The notes beneath the pieces were generated by a model. The model made no database searches, had not been told where the DNA came from, and saw nothing but the letters and a program-made list of their open reading frames with translations. A program made the position numbers and the translations under genes. Shown piece by piece: positions 7,594 through 16,817 of a stretch of DNA of 64,000 nt. Source of the DNA: a virus. The stretch's first letter is position 1, and the number at the start of each line of letters is the position of its first letter. The stretch spans positions 1 through 64,000 of IMG/VR virus record IMGVR_UViG_3300045994_000055; one strand, given 5' to 3'.

Positions 7594-8910
7594 ATGAAGC
7601 AACTCTCCCAACCCTACTTTTTGCGCACGATGAGTGATGCAGAAGTGCTTGAATACGAGAACGTATTGCGCATGGCCACCGCCGCAGTGGCAACCGCTAC
7701 AGGCAAAGAAAAGGTCGAGATTGACCCCAAGATTGACGGTCCCGCACGTGAACGTCTTATCACTTCACGCATTGGCCTTTTGCTCAAGGCCCCGTTTTTT
7801 GGCAACATTGCAACCCGTTTGGAACTGCTAAACGGCAACGACTGGTGCCCCACTGCCGCAACTGACGGTCGTCGCTTTTACTACAATGACAAGTTCGTGA
7901 TGTCACTGCCCCTTAAGCAGTGCGAGTTCCTTATGGGCCACGAAGTGCTTCACGCTGTCTACGATCACAGTGCACGCCGCAACGGTCGCGATCCTAAGAT
8001 CTGGAACTTTGCTTGCGACTTTGCAGTTAACCAAGACCTGATGGACCAACGCATCGGCGAGAAGATCACAGTGGTTAAGATTCTGCAGAACGACAAGTAC
8101 AAGAACATGTCTGCTGAAGAAATTTACGAAGACTTGGTGCAAAATGCATCCAAGATGGACTTGGAGCAATATGCCAAGATGCTGCTCGACGAGCACTTGG
8201 ACGCAGAGTCCGGCAATGGTCCTCAAATTTCCGACGAAGAACGCCGCGCTATCCGCGACGAATTGCAAGAAGCTGTACTGAGTGCCGCAGAAGCTGCTGG
8301 CGCTTCCAACTTGCCTGGCGGCGTGAAGCGTTTGTTGTCCCACTTGACTGCCCCAGTTATTAGCTGGAAGGAATTGTTGGAACAGCAAATCCAAAGCACC
8401 GTGAAGTGTGATTTTTCCTTCTCCCGCCCGTCGCGTCGTAGCTGGCACATGGATGCTATCCTGCCAGGTATGATTGTTGGTGACGCAATTGAAGTTGACA
8501 TTGCAATTGACCAAAGCGGATCAATTGGACAAGAAGACGCCCGTGCGTTTTTGTCAGAAATCAAAGGCATTATGGAGTCTTACGAACAGTACAAGATTCG
8601 CGTATGGTGCTTTGACACTGAAGTTTACAATTGCCAAGAGTTCAACTCGGACAATATGGACTCCATTGAAAGCTACGAGCCAATGGGTTGCGGCGGCACT
8701 GACTTTATGTGCAACTGGCGTTTCATGCGTGAAAACGATATCCAGCCAAAGAAGTTCATCATGTTTACTGACGGTGTGCCGTTTGGTGAATGGGGTGAAG
8801 AAGAATACTGCGACACTGTGTGGATCATCAAGGGTAACGAGAATTGCATTCCTCCTTGGGGCACCTGGGCTATTTACGAACAGAATGCTAAAGCAGCAAA
8901 GACTAACTAA
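7594..8910 (+). CDS. Putative metallopeptidase (HExxH) fused to VWA domain (DUF2201-type), MoxR partner
   Basis: TAATDG, HEVLH, MIDAS DQSGS, GGTDF, FTDG. Confidence 0.9.
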   Translation: MKQLSQPYFLRTMSDAEVLEYENVLRMATAAVATATGKEKVEIDPKIDGPARERLITSRIGLLLKAPFFGNIATRLELLNGNDWCPTAATDGRRFYYNDKFVMSLPLKQCEFLMGHEVLHAVYDHSARRNGRDPKIWNFACDFAVNQDLMDQRIGEKITVVKILQNDKYKNMSAEEIYEDLVQNASKMDLEQYAKMLLDEHLDAESGNGPQISDEERRAIRDELQEAVLSAAEAAGASNLPGGVKRLLSHLTAPVISWKELLEQQIQSTVKCDFSFSRPSRRSWHMDAILPGMIVGDAIEVDIAIDQSGSIGQEDARAFLSEIKGIMESYEQYKIRVWCFDTEVYNCQEFNSDNMDSIESYEPMGCGGTDFMCNWRFMRENDIQPKKFIMFTDGVPFGEWGEEEYCDTVWIIKGNENCIPPWGTWAIYEQNAKAAKTN

Positions 8911-8918
8911 GGAATATT

Positions 8919-9302
8919 ATGTTTGAAGATACCCATGCAGCCGTTACTGAAGCTTGTGTCCCGTTGATGGACAAGGAAATGCGCGAGGATTATGCACAGC
9001 ATATGGCCCGTGCACCCGAAGGCACAACAGTAGTTGATCCCAACAAGCTGCCAAATCAAAACATTTTTGACTTTGGTGACAAGTTGCTCAATTTGCCCGA
9101 GACACTGGAAGCAGCAATCGAGCGCATTCGTGCGCTGGAAACTGCACTGGACGATTTGAATCGTGCTTCCGAGATCGCACAGTACAGTGGACAGTTTGAA
9201 GTGCTTACTTCTTTCCGTGCAGTGGCAGACGAGATTCTAGTGAACAAGATTACAGTGGACCACAGTGCGCCCACTGAAATGAACATTACGATCATCGGTT
9301 AA
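8919..9302 (+). CDS. Hypothetical protein
   Basis: 127-aa ORF with AAGGA RBS. Confidence 0.75.
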   Translation: MFEDTHAAVTEACVPLMDKEMREDYAQHMARAPEGTTVVDPNKLPNQNIFDFGDKLLNLPETLEAAIERIRALETALDDLNRASEIAQYSGQFEVLTSFRAVADEILVNKITVDHSAPTEMNITIIG

Positions 9303-9303
9303 T

Positions 9304-9603
9304 ATGCCCCTAAAGTACGGCGAAGTTAATCCGCTTGTCGTGTTTGGACTGCGGCGCATGACACACATGCCGCCGCATTTCGAACCTATCTTCTTTGATA
9401 ACAAGGGCAACGACAAAGTAATCACAGACTGGGTTTGGGAAAACCTCGACGGTCGCTTCTTCTACGGTGACCATTACAGTGTTGGCAGCAATGGCGCTGT
9501 CGTACTACAAAAAGTAATCGCATTTGAGGAAAAGAGCGAAGCAAGCTACTTTGGCCTTATGCTATCCACAATCAACAATTCTACTGGTCTTCAGTTTATT
9601 TGA
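9304..9603 (+). CDS. Hypothetical phage protein
   Basis: 99-aa ORF directly following the upstream stop. Confidence 0.75.
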   Translation: MPLKYGEVNPLVVFGLRRMTHMPPHFEPIFFDNKGNDKVITDWVWENLDGRFFYGDHYSVGSNGAVVLQKVIAFEEKSEASYFGLMLSTINNSTGLQFI

Positions 9604-9677
9604 AATAAAAATATTTCGATGTGATTCTTCCTTGTTAAATAAATGTAGTTAAACATTACTTTAATAAGGAAGAATAC

Positions 9678-9911
9678 ATGACTGAAGTTCAACAAGAAAC
9701 ACAACCAGCTGAAGCAGCGCCAAGCTTGTCTATCAGCGATTTGATTGTACTCACTAACCTAACGCAAGCTGCCGCACAACGTGGCGCAATTCGCGCAGAT
9801 GAAATGCAATTGGTTGGTGCAGTGTATGACAAACTAATCGCATTTTTAACTGCCGCTGGTGCACTTACTCCAGCTGAAGCAGCAACAGAAACACCTGCTG
9901 AAGCAGTATAA
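9678..9911 (+). CDS. Hypothetical small acidic protein
   Basis: 77 aa, TAAGGA RBS, TAAATA at 9636-9641 upstream. Confidence 0.8.
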   Translation: MTEVQQETQPAEAAPSLSISDLIVLTNLTQAAAQRGAIRADEMQLVGAVYDKLIAFLTAAGALTPAEAATETPAEAV

Positions 9912-9920
9912 GGAGCAAAT

Positions 9921-10628
9921 ATGAAACACGTCGGTAAACACGGAGACAAGAAAATTGTTCTCCTTTATAGGGAAGTTCCAGACGAAGGCCACATGTGCCT
10001 TTTGATTTACAGTGATGTCTTGCCCCGCATGATTCACGATGAAGTAATGAAAGTCGTGGAGAGCGATCTCGGACAAAATGCTAAGGAAATTTCCGAAGTG
10101 TTGCACCGTTCGTTTATGCCAGACGGTCGTAAGATTCTTGAAGTCTTGCACCGTGAAGGAATGATCAAGAAGGTCCCAACTAATCAAGTGCTCATTACTC
10201 CTAACAACAAGTCAAGCGTTCGCTTAGACGAGTTGAACAAGATTCTCAATGAGATGGCACAAGGCGAACATGCAATTGCTCGCTTGGCAGAGTTGGATAA
10301 GAATGCAGGTATGACAGGCAAGCGTGGTCGCCCAGCTGACCCACGTGAAGTTGGCATGCCAGCAAATAGTCGTGCTAACGCACCAGTGGAAGGCAATACA
10401 GCGCCTGAAGCATTGGTTGCCGGCGTATTGAGTGACGCAGACTTAGCAAATCAAAGAGCAGCACAAGCAGCGACAATGCGAAAAAATGCAGAGTCTATGT
10501 TAGCAGAAGCTGCACGTTTGGAAGCAGAAGCGCAATCACTAAACCCTACACCGGTAAAAGCAAATGGCACAAGAAAAACCACAAAAACCACAACCAAAGC
10601 CAAAGCGACCAAAAAGCAAGAAGCTTAA
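9921..10628 (+). CDS. Hypothetical phage protein with coiled-coil and basic tail
   Basis: 235 aa, AAGGAG RBS. Confidence 0.85.
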   Translation: MKHVGKHGDKKIVLLYREVPDEGHMCLLIYSDVLPRMIHDEVMKVVESDLGQNAKEISEVLHRSFMPDGRKILEVLHREGMIKKVPTNQVLITPNNKSSVRLDELNKILNEMAQGEHAIARLAELDKNAGMTGKRGRPADPREVGMPANSRANAPVEGNTAPEALVAGVLSDADLANQRAAQAATMRKNAESMLAEAARLEAEAQSLNPTPVKANGTRKTTKTTTKAKATKKQEA

Positions 10629-10929
10629 TGTAGACAAGAGTGGCGTGAAGAAAGAATGGGAACGAATCCTACGTGAAGTAGACAAAGAGGACATTCCCAT
10701 TGAAATGCTTGACGCCATAATGGTTACATTACAAGACGGCACACAAGTTAACATCAATATCAAAGAGCTATTGGCAGATGGAGCAGATCCTGACTCGCTA
10801 AGAGATCACATTGATGAGCGCTTGAATGCACTAGACCATATCATTGACGACGTTGACTTTTATATCAGCGTTGACTCTGTAAAGGACACTGTGCAAAGTG
10901 CAACTGACTTGCTTCTAAAAGATTTATGA
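10564..10929 (+). CDS. Hypothetical protein
   Basis: 121-aa ORF overlapping the upstream gene by 65 nt; start uncertain. Confidence 0.7.
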   Translation: MAQEKPQKPQPKPKRPKSKKLNVDKSGVKKEWERILREVDKEDIPIEMLDAIMVTLQDGTQVNINIKELLADGADPDSLRDHIDERLNALDHIIDDVDFYISVDSVKDTVQSATDLLLKDL

Positions 10930-11444
10930 TCCACGCAATATTCGCAGTAGACAAGTTTGGCGGAATGGGGCTCAATGGCACATTGCCTTGGCCCCACCAT
11001 GCTGAAGACTTATCCTACTTTCAACACCAAACCGCGGGTCACATTGTCGTCATGGGACGCAATACGTGGGATGACCCAAAGATGCCAAAGCCTCTACCTG
11101 GTAGAGAAGTTTATGTGGCAACTAATAAACCCATTCAACATCCTAACACCATTAAAGGTGACCTCAAATCAGCATTGCTAGAGTTGGAACGTGCTAACCC
11201 AAACAAGATTATTTGGGTTGTAGGCGGTCCTGCCATTTTAGAGCAATGCGCCGATGTATTGGACAAGATACATTTGACTCACCATAAGAGCAGTTACAAG
11301 GTAGATAGCAAGATAGACTTGAAGTCGTTCTTGTCGGGATGGATGCCACACACTGCGACATCTGCTCCTACCACTAACTGTTCATTCGTAACTTATGTCC
11401 CTATGTTTAAGAGGAAATCCTCTTCTGATATGGACCACGTTTAA
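10926..11444 (+). CDS. folA: Dihydrofolate reductase
   Basis: AIFAVD...GTLPWPH..EDL, VVMGRNTW, PLPGR, WVVGG motifs. Confidence 0.95.
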   Translation: MIHAIFAVDKFGGMGLNGTLPWPHHAEDLSYFQHQTAGHIVVMGRNTWDDPKMPKPLPGREVYVATNKPIQHPNTIKGDLKSALLELERANPNKIIWVVGGPAILEQCADVLDKIHLTHHKSSYKVDSKIDLKSFLSGWMPHTATSAPTTNCSFVTYVPMFKRKSSSDMDHV

Positions 11445-12018
11445 CACCTGTTCGCATTGCGCTCATCTTAGCTCGTGCAGCAACGGTATGAACCTTTCCA
11501 TACATACCGTTGTTTTCACCTTTATTTGCTAACCCTATTTTCTCTTTAGTGGCATCTGCTACCTTAAGTCCCTTACGTGCGGCTGCTGATTTACATTTTT
11601 GCTCATCAGTTAGTGCTTTGCCCAATTTTGCGACAGACATCTTTTTACGAGTTTCCTCTGACCTTGGGCCGCGACGTCTATTAGCTTCACTGATTTTTGC
11701 ACGATGACTTTCGGAAAACTTTATCCCAGCTGACCCTTCCCCACCATCTGTCTTGTTAAGTAAAATTCCAGTATTCAAATCTTTTCTTCCGAACCATCTT
11801 ATAAGGCGTCGTTCAATTGCAAGAGATCCAATGTTGCTTAAATTGGTTTCTAATAGAACAATAAGTGATTTATCTTTTGGTAAAGTGACACCAGGGTGTG
11901 GCGAGAATGCTCTTAGGTCTTTACCTTTTCCGATATAATACGGTGTTCCTGCTTTGGCAGTGATTGAATCTTTGCTGCGTAGGTATGCATAGACGTAATA
12001 AATATTAGTGTTGGACAT
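11407..12018 (-). mobile_element. Free-standing GIY-YIG homing endonuclease with NUMOD3-like repeats
   Basis: YYVYAY...YYIGKG, LLNKTDGGEG, repeated SEETRKKMS/SESHRAKIS units; antisense between DHFR and TS. Confidence 0.88.
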
Positions 12019-12084
12019 ATAGCCTTTCTGGGTTGTCTAAAGTAGTTGGGAACGCCACATTCCGCGAGCTACACTAATATTTAT
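11998..12084 (-). repeat. Perfect 14-bp inverted repeat enclosing the endonuclease RBS/start, with TATAAATA in the upstream arm
   Basis: ATAAATATTAGTGT (11998-12011) and ACACTAATATTTAT (12071-12084); TATAAATA on the - strand at 12085-12078. Confidence 0.85.
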
Positions 12085-12094
12085 ACCGAATCTA

Positions 12095-12123
12095 TTTACA
12101 ATCAAATTTGATTCCTGTATAAT
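12095..12123 (+). promoter_or_regulatory. Sigma70-type promoter of thyA and the sugar operon
   Basis: TTTACA-17 nt-TATAAT, 6 nt before the ATG. Confidence 0.75.
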
Positions 12124-12129
12124 TTACTA

Positions 12130-12981
12130 ATGAAACAATACCTCGACGCACTTCAATTAATTCTCGACAGCGGAAAAGTTAAAATGGACCGCACATCAAC
12201 AGGCACTATCAGTTACTTTGGGATGATGCAACGCTATATCTTAGCAGACGGCTTCCCGCTAGTAACAACAAAACGAGTCCCCTTCAAATCAGTCCTCACA
12301 GAACTACTATGGTTCCTGGAAGGATCTGGTAACGAGCGGCGTTTAGCAGAGCTGCTATACGGCGAAGGGAACACTGAAGGTAAGAAAACAATATGGACAA
12401 AGAATGCAGAAGCACCATATTGGATTGACAAGGCACAGTACGAAGGCGATCTTGGTCGCGTATACGGTGTGCAATGGCGCAACTGGACTAACCAGTTTGG
12501 CGAAGTAACAGATCAACTCTTGGAGTTAGTCAAGGGAATTAAGCAAGACCCGCACGGACGTCGACATATTATTACTGCATGGAATCCAGGAGAGCTATCT
12601 AAAATGGCACTCCCACCGTGTCATTGTTTTGCTCAATTTAACGTCGTTGATAATAAACTAGACTGTCTCATGTATCAACGATCCAACGACTTCTTCTTGG
12701 GTTGCCCTTTCAACATCGCATCGTATGCACTGCTGACGCACATGGTTGCTCAAGTGTGCGGATTGCGAGTTGGCGAGCTAATTCACACCACAGGCGATGC
12801 TCACATCTACTCCAATCACATGGAGCAAGTTAAAGAGCAGCTATCACGCACACCACACCCATTGCCTAAGCTGCACATGAGGATGAGACCAGATGCCGAC
12901 ATTACAAAGTTCACTATGGACGACTTTATATTGGCAGACTACGTGCACCACGAAGAGATCAAAGGCGCAATGGCGGTATAA
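12130..12981 (+). CDS. thyA: Thymidylate synthase
   Basis: DRTSTGT, ELLWFL, MALPPCH (catalytic Cys), YQRSND..LGCPFNIASY (Asn indicates dUMP specificity), GDAHIY. Confidence 0.97.
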   Translation: MKQYLDALQLILDSGKVKMDRTSTGTISYFGMMQRYILADGFPLVTTKRVPFKSVLTELLWFLEGSGNERRLAELLYGEGNTEGKKTIWTKNAEAPYWIDKAQYEGDLGRVYGVQWRNWTNQFGEVTDQLLELVKGIKQDPHGRRHIITAWNPGELSKMALPPCHCFAQFNVVDNKLDCLMYQRSNDFFLGCPFNIASYALLTHMVAQVCGLRVGELIHTTGDAHIYSNHMEQVKEQLSRTPHPLPKLHMRMRPDADITKFTMDDFILADYVHHEEIKGAMAV

Positions 12982-12984
12982 ACA

Positions 12985-13953
12985 ATGAAATTTTTAGTAA
13001 CAGGCGGTGCCGGCTTTATCGGGCACAATGTAGTAAGACAACTAGAAGAGATGGGACACGATTGTGCAATCATTGACTCGTGTACAAACTATAACTTCGT
13101 TCCGCAAGCGGAAATGGATTACTTGGTCGAGGCACGTTGCAAACGCATTAGTGCAGGGGTTGACTATGTTGACCTCCGCGAATATGATTCAGTAGCAGAG
13201 AGTCTTAGGCTTGCGCAACCAGAGACAGTCATTCACCTTGCATCCTTTCCTCGACAAAAGGTAGTAGGCGAACAGCCTGTATGGGCGTCTGAAGTAATGT
13301 GCTGTGCCCTTGTCAACTTGCTGGAAGAGTGCACCAAGAACAACGTCAAGCGTTTTGTGTACATTAGCTCAAGCATGGTATACGGCGACTTTGCAAATGA
13401 CGTCACCGAGGCTGCGGATTGCAACCCCCAAGGCTTGTACGGCATCATGAAGTACATGGGCGAACATATCGTTAAGGATTATGCAAAGCGTACTGGGATG
13501 GAATATGTAATCATTCGTCCAAGTGCAGTGTACGGTGAATGGGACGTAGAAGATCGTGTCGTCTCTAAGTTCATGCTTAACGCTATGCGTGGTGGCATTC
13601 TTAAGGTAAACGGACCAGACGAGGTATTAGACTTCTCTTACGTAGAAGAAACTGCGATGGGCATTGTGCTTGCTGCTACTCAACAATCTGCATCCAATAA
13701 CATCTTTAACATCACACGCTCTGACACTAAGCTGTACACGTTGCTGGATGCAGCGAGTATTGCTATCAAAATTGCAGGCAAGGGAACTGGCATTGCAGGT
13801 GCCCGTGACCTCAACTTCCCTAAGCGTGGACGGTTGAACATTGACAAGGCACGTACACTGCTTGGTTACAATCCAAGGATCAGTGTAGAGGAAGGGTTCC
13901 AACGCTATCACGATTGGTTCAAGAACGATCCATATTGGAGCAAGACCATATAA
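12985..13953 (+). CDS. NAD-dependent nucleotide-sugar epimerase/dehydratase
   Basis: LVTGGAGFIG, ISSSMVYG, YGIMK (YxxxK) extended-SDR motifs. Confidence 0.93.
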   Translation: MKFLVTGGAGFIGHNVVRQLEEMGHDCAIIDSCTNYNFVPQAEMDYLVEARCKRISAGVDYVDLREYDSVAESLRLAQPETVIHLASFPRQKVVGEQPVWASEVMCCALVNLLEECTKNNVKRFVYISSSMVYGDFANDVTEAADCNPQGLYGIMKYMGEHIVKDYAKRTGMEYVIIRPSAVYGEWDVEDRVVSKFMLNAMRGGILKVNGPDEVLDFSYVEETAMGIVLAATQQSASNNIFNITRSDTKLYTLLDAASIAIKIAGKGTGIAGARDLNFPKRGRLNIDKARTLLGYNPRISVEEGFQRYHDWFKNDPYWSKTI

Positions 13954-14852
13954 TGTCGTTCGCAAAAGAGAACACCAAAGTATTGCACTTAGAGTTAACT
14001 ACTCGATGCAATGCTTCTTGCCCACAGTGTTCTCGCATGGACCCATCAACTAAATACACTGAAGACTATGACCTCACTTTAGACAGAATTAAAGAACTGT
14101 TTTCTGAGGACTTCGTGCGACAGTTAGACAAGGTGTTTGCATGTGGTGACTTTGGTGATCCCGCTGCTGCAAAAAACTGTTTACCTATACTCGAGTGGTT
14201 CAGGGAAGTAAATCCTGATATAACGTTAGGCATGAACACTAACGGCGGAATACGTAACACTGTATTTTGGACTGCGCTGGGACAGCTACTAAACAAGCCA
14301 TCAGACTACGTTGTATTCAGCATTGACGGGCTTGAGGACACCAATCACATCTACCGGGTCAACGTGCAGTGGAAACAAGTTATGTCCGCCGCTAAAGCGT
14401 TTATAAGTGCCGGCGGCTCTGCGCATTGGGATATGCTAGTATACGAGCATAACGAGCACCAAGTAGAAGAGTGCAAGAAGCTGGCAAAAGACATGGGGTT
14501 TACATGGTTTAGATGCAAGGTTAGCTCTAGATTTGCTACAAAACCCGTGCAATTCCTGAACCCACCCAAGAGCTACGCACCAGTGCACAGCGACGGCCCG
14601 GTTAAATGTCATGCACTGGAAGAGAAAAGTTTGTATGTTGCGGCAACAGGCAAACTCATGCCTTGCTGCTTTATGGGGCACAAGGTGTTTACTCTTACTG
14701 AGCCATTGAAAGGATTCCTTGACGATCCTGATTTTAAATCCATTTCAGAAGCATTAGCGACCACACCGCTTACAGTATGTAAAGAGTACTGTAGCACCAA
14801 CAACAATGTTAATCGGTTAAACAATCAATTTAGAGAGAATACACGACTATGA
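13953..14852 (+). CDS. Radical SAM protein with C-terminal SPASM/twitch-like Cys cluster
   Basis: CNASCPQC, NTNGG, FSIDG, C-terminal C...GKLMPCC...CKEYC; TAATG-coupled start at 13953. Confidence 0.9.
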   Translation: MSFAKENTKVLHLELTTRCNASCPQCSRMDPSTKYTEDYDLTLDRIKELFSEDFVRQLDKVFACGDFGDPAAAKNCLPILEWFREVNPDITLGMNTNGGIRNTVFWTALGQLLNKPSDYVVFSIDGLEDTNHIYRVNVQWKQVMSAAKAFISAGGSAHWDMLVYEHNEHQVEECKKLAKDMGFTWFRCKVSSRFATKPVQFLNPPKSYAPVHSDGPVKCHALEEKSLYVAATGKLMPCCFMGHKVFTLTEPLKGFLDDPDFKSISEALATTPLTVCKEYCSTNNNVNRLNNQFRENTRL

Positions 14853-15940
14853 TACAATTTACAGACTTACACGCACAATACGCAGAAGCAAAGACAGAGA
14901 TTGATGCTGCTATAGCAAACGTCATTGCCAAGTCAAGCTTTATCACTGGCCCGTTAGTAGAACAGTTTGAAGCAGACTTTGCATCGTACGTTGGGTCAGA
15001 TGCTTGCTGCGCGACTGGATCAGGAACCAATGCTCTAATGTGCGCAATGATGGCAATAGGCATAGAAGCAGGTGATGAAGTTATTACAACACCGCATACA
15101 TTTATCTCTACATCAGAAGCAATCATCTGGCAAAATGCACGGCCTGTATTTGTGGACATTGACGAGCAGTATCAGATTGATGTAAACAAAATTGAAGCTG
15201 CCATTACTGATAAGACAAAGGCCATCTTGTTTGTTGACATGTATGGACAAACACCTGACATTGACAGATTAAAGGAAATTGCTGACAAGCATGACCTATG
15301 GTTAATCGAGGATGCTGCTCATGCAATTGGGTCATCGTACAAAGGTCAGTTGGTTGGCAGTCTAGTAGACTTGACTTGCTTCAGTTTTAATCCAGTGAAG
15401 AATCTTGGTGCAATGGGCGATGCTGGTGCATTAACTGGTGACCCAGAACTTATTAAGAAAGCTAAGATGTACCGCGACCACGGTCGCGTGATTAAGTGGG
15501 ACTTTGACCTTCGCGGCATTAACGCACGAATTGACAATTTTCAATCGCAAATTGTACGTGCCAAGTTACCTTACTTAAAGGGATGGTTGGATACTAAGCG
15601 TGATATTTGCCACAAGTACACACGTGAACTAAAGAACTACGTTGTTACCCCAGTTGAAGCAGAATACTCGCATCATACGTATTACGTCTATGTCATTCAA
15701 GTTAACAACCGCGACGCATACGTAGAGTATATGAAAGAGAAAGGTGTGGTGGTTAACATCCATTACATTAAGAGCTTAACTGAGCAACCTATCTTTAGAC
15801 AGTATGGCGGCAATTGCCCTATTACAGAAGATATGTGCACTAAGATTGTCAGCTTGCCTTGCTACCACACATTGTCAGACGACGATCAAAATTACATTAT
15901 ACGTTTAACGCAGGAATGGGCAGACCAAAATGGGAATTAA
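14849..15940 (+). CDS. DegT/DnrJ/EryC1/StrS PLP-dependent sugar aminotransferase
   Basis: SGTNAL, GDEVIT, IEDAAHA, SFNPVKNLGAMGDAG, SLP. Confidence 0.95.
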   Translation: MIQFTDLHAQYAEAKTEIDAAIANVIAKSSFITGPLVEQFEADFASYVGSDACCATGSGTNALMCAMMAIGIEAGDEVITTPHTFISTSEAIIWQNARPVFVDIDEQYQIDVNKIEAAITDKTKAILFVDMYGQTPDIDRLKEIADKHDLWLIEDAAHAIGSSYKGQLVGSLVDLTCFSFNPVKNLGAMGDAGALTGDPELIKKAKMYRDHGRVIKWDFDLRGINARIDNFQSQIVRAKLPYLKGWLDTKRDICHKYTRELKNYVVTPVEAEYSHHTYYVYVIQVNNRDAYVEYMKEKGVVVNIHYIKSLTEQPIFRQYGGNCPITEDMCTKIVSLPCYHTLSDDDQNYIIRLTQEWADQNGN

Positions 15941-16817
15941 ATTAGCAGTTGTGGGCTCTGGTTACTGGGGCTCTAAGGTGGTGGCGGCACTTGAGAAAAA
16001 TCGAAGTGTGGGAAAGTTGCAGGTTATTGATATCCGCAATGGACAAACTATTGACGACATTGACTCTGACGTTACCGCAGCTATTATTGCAACACCACTG
16101 TGGGATCACTTTGACACTGCAACTAAGCTATTAGAGCGTGGACTTGATTGCTACATTGAAAAGCCAATGGCAGAAACTGCTGAACAATGCAAGACACTTA
16201 GTGGCTACGCTAGAGATCGTATCGTAATGGTGGGCCACATCTTTTTGTATCATCCTGCATTGCAAGTTGTCAAAGATGCTATGTCACAGATTGGTAATGT
16301 TACACTAGTTAAAAGCGAGCGTTTGAATTGGGGCATTTACCAAACCAAAACAACGCCGTTATTAAGCCTTTTACCGCATGACATCTCTATTGTGCAAGAA
16401 CTGTTAAAGGGAAGCATAGTAGTGCAGTCTGCGAAACAGATGACGTTTACCAACAATATTGTGCCTGATTACATTAATTTTAGCGGTAGAGTAGGCAATA
16501 TCAGCGTTGATATTACGGGTTCGTGGTACTGGCCCGAGCGTGTGCGTAAGCTTACAGTGATAGGCGATAAAGGGCACATCGTGTGGGATGATAACCAAAA
16601 CAAGGTGTACGTGTATTCTGGTGAGGTTAAGGAACGCAGATTGACTGAATTGAATATGGCCACCGTGCAGCCAGACGAATCTCTTACTCCGTTGGAGCAC
16701 GAGTTGAATCACTTCATTGATTGTGTTGTTACTAGAGCAACACCGCATAGCGATTGTAATAACGCTATTGATGTTGCTTTAACTATTGACGAGGTTAACT
16801 CATTGCTCGCTGTGTAA
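15930..16817 (+). CDS. Gfo/Idh/MocA oxidoreductase
   Basis: VVGSGYWG, IATP..DH, IEKPMA, MVGH, PHD. Confidence 0.92.
   Translation: MGIKLAVVGSGYWGSKVVAALEKNRSVGKLQVIDIRNGQTIDDIDSDVTAAIIATPLWDHFDTATKLLERGLDCYIEKPMAETAEQCKTLSGYARDRIVMVGHIFLYHPALQVVKDAMSQIGNVTLVKSERLNWGIYQTKTTPLLSLLPHDISIVQELLKGSIVVQSAKQMTFTNNIVPDYINFSGRVGNISVDITGSWYWPERVRKLTVIGDKGHIVWDDNQNKVYVYSGEVKERRLTELNMATVQPDESLTPLEHELNHFIDCVVTRATPHSDCNNAIDVALTIDEVNSLLAV

Noticed and set aside
11407-12129. Group I intron around the GIY-YIG gene
   Set aside because: folA and thyA both look complete, the ORF is antisense, and there is no room for an intron core.
12130-12981. TS homologue as a dCMP hydroxymethylase for DNA hypermodification
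   Set aside because: It keeps the Asn of PFNIASY typical of dUMP-specific ThyA and sits beside DHFR.
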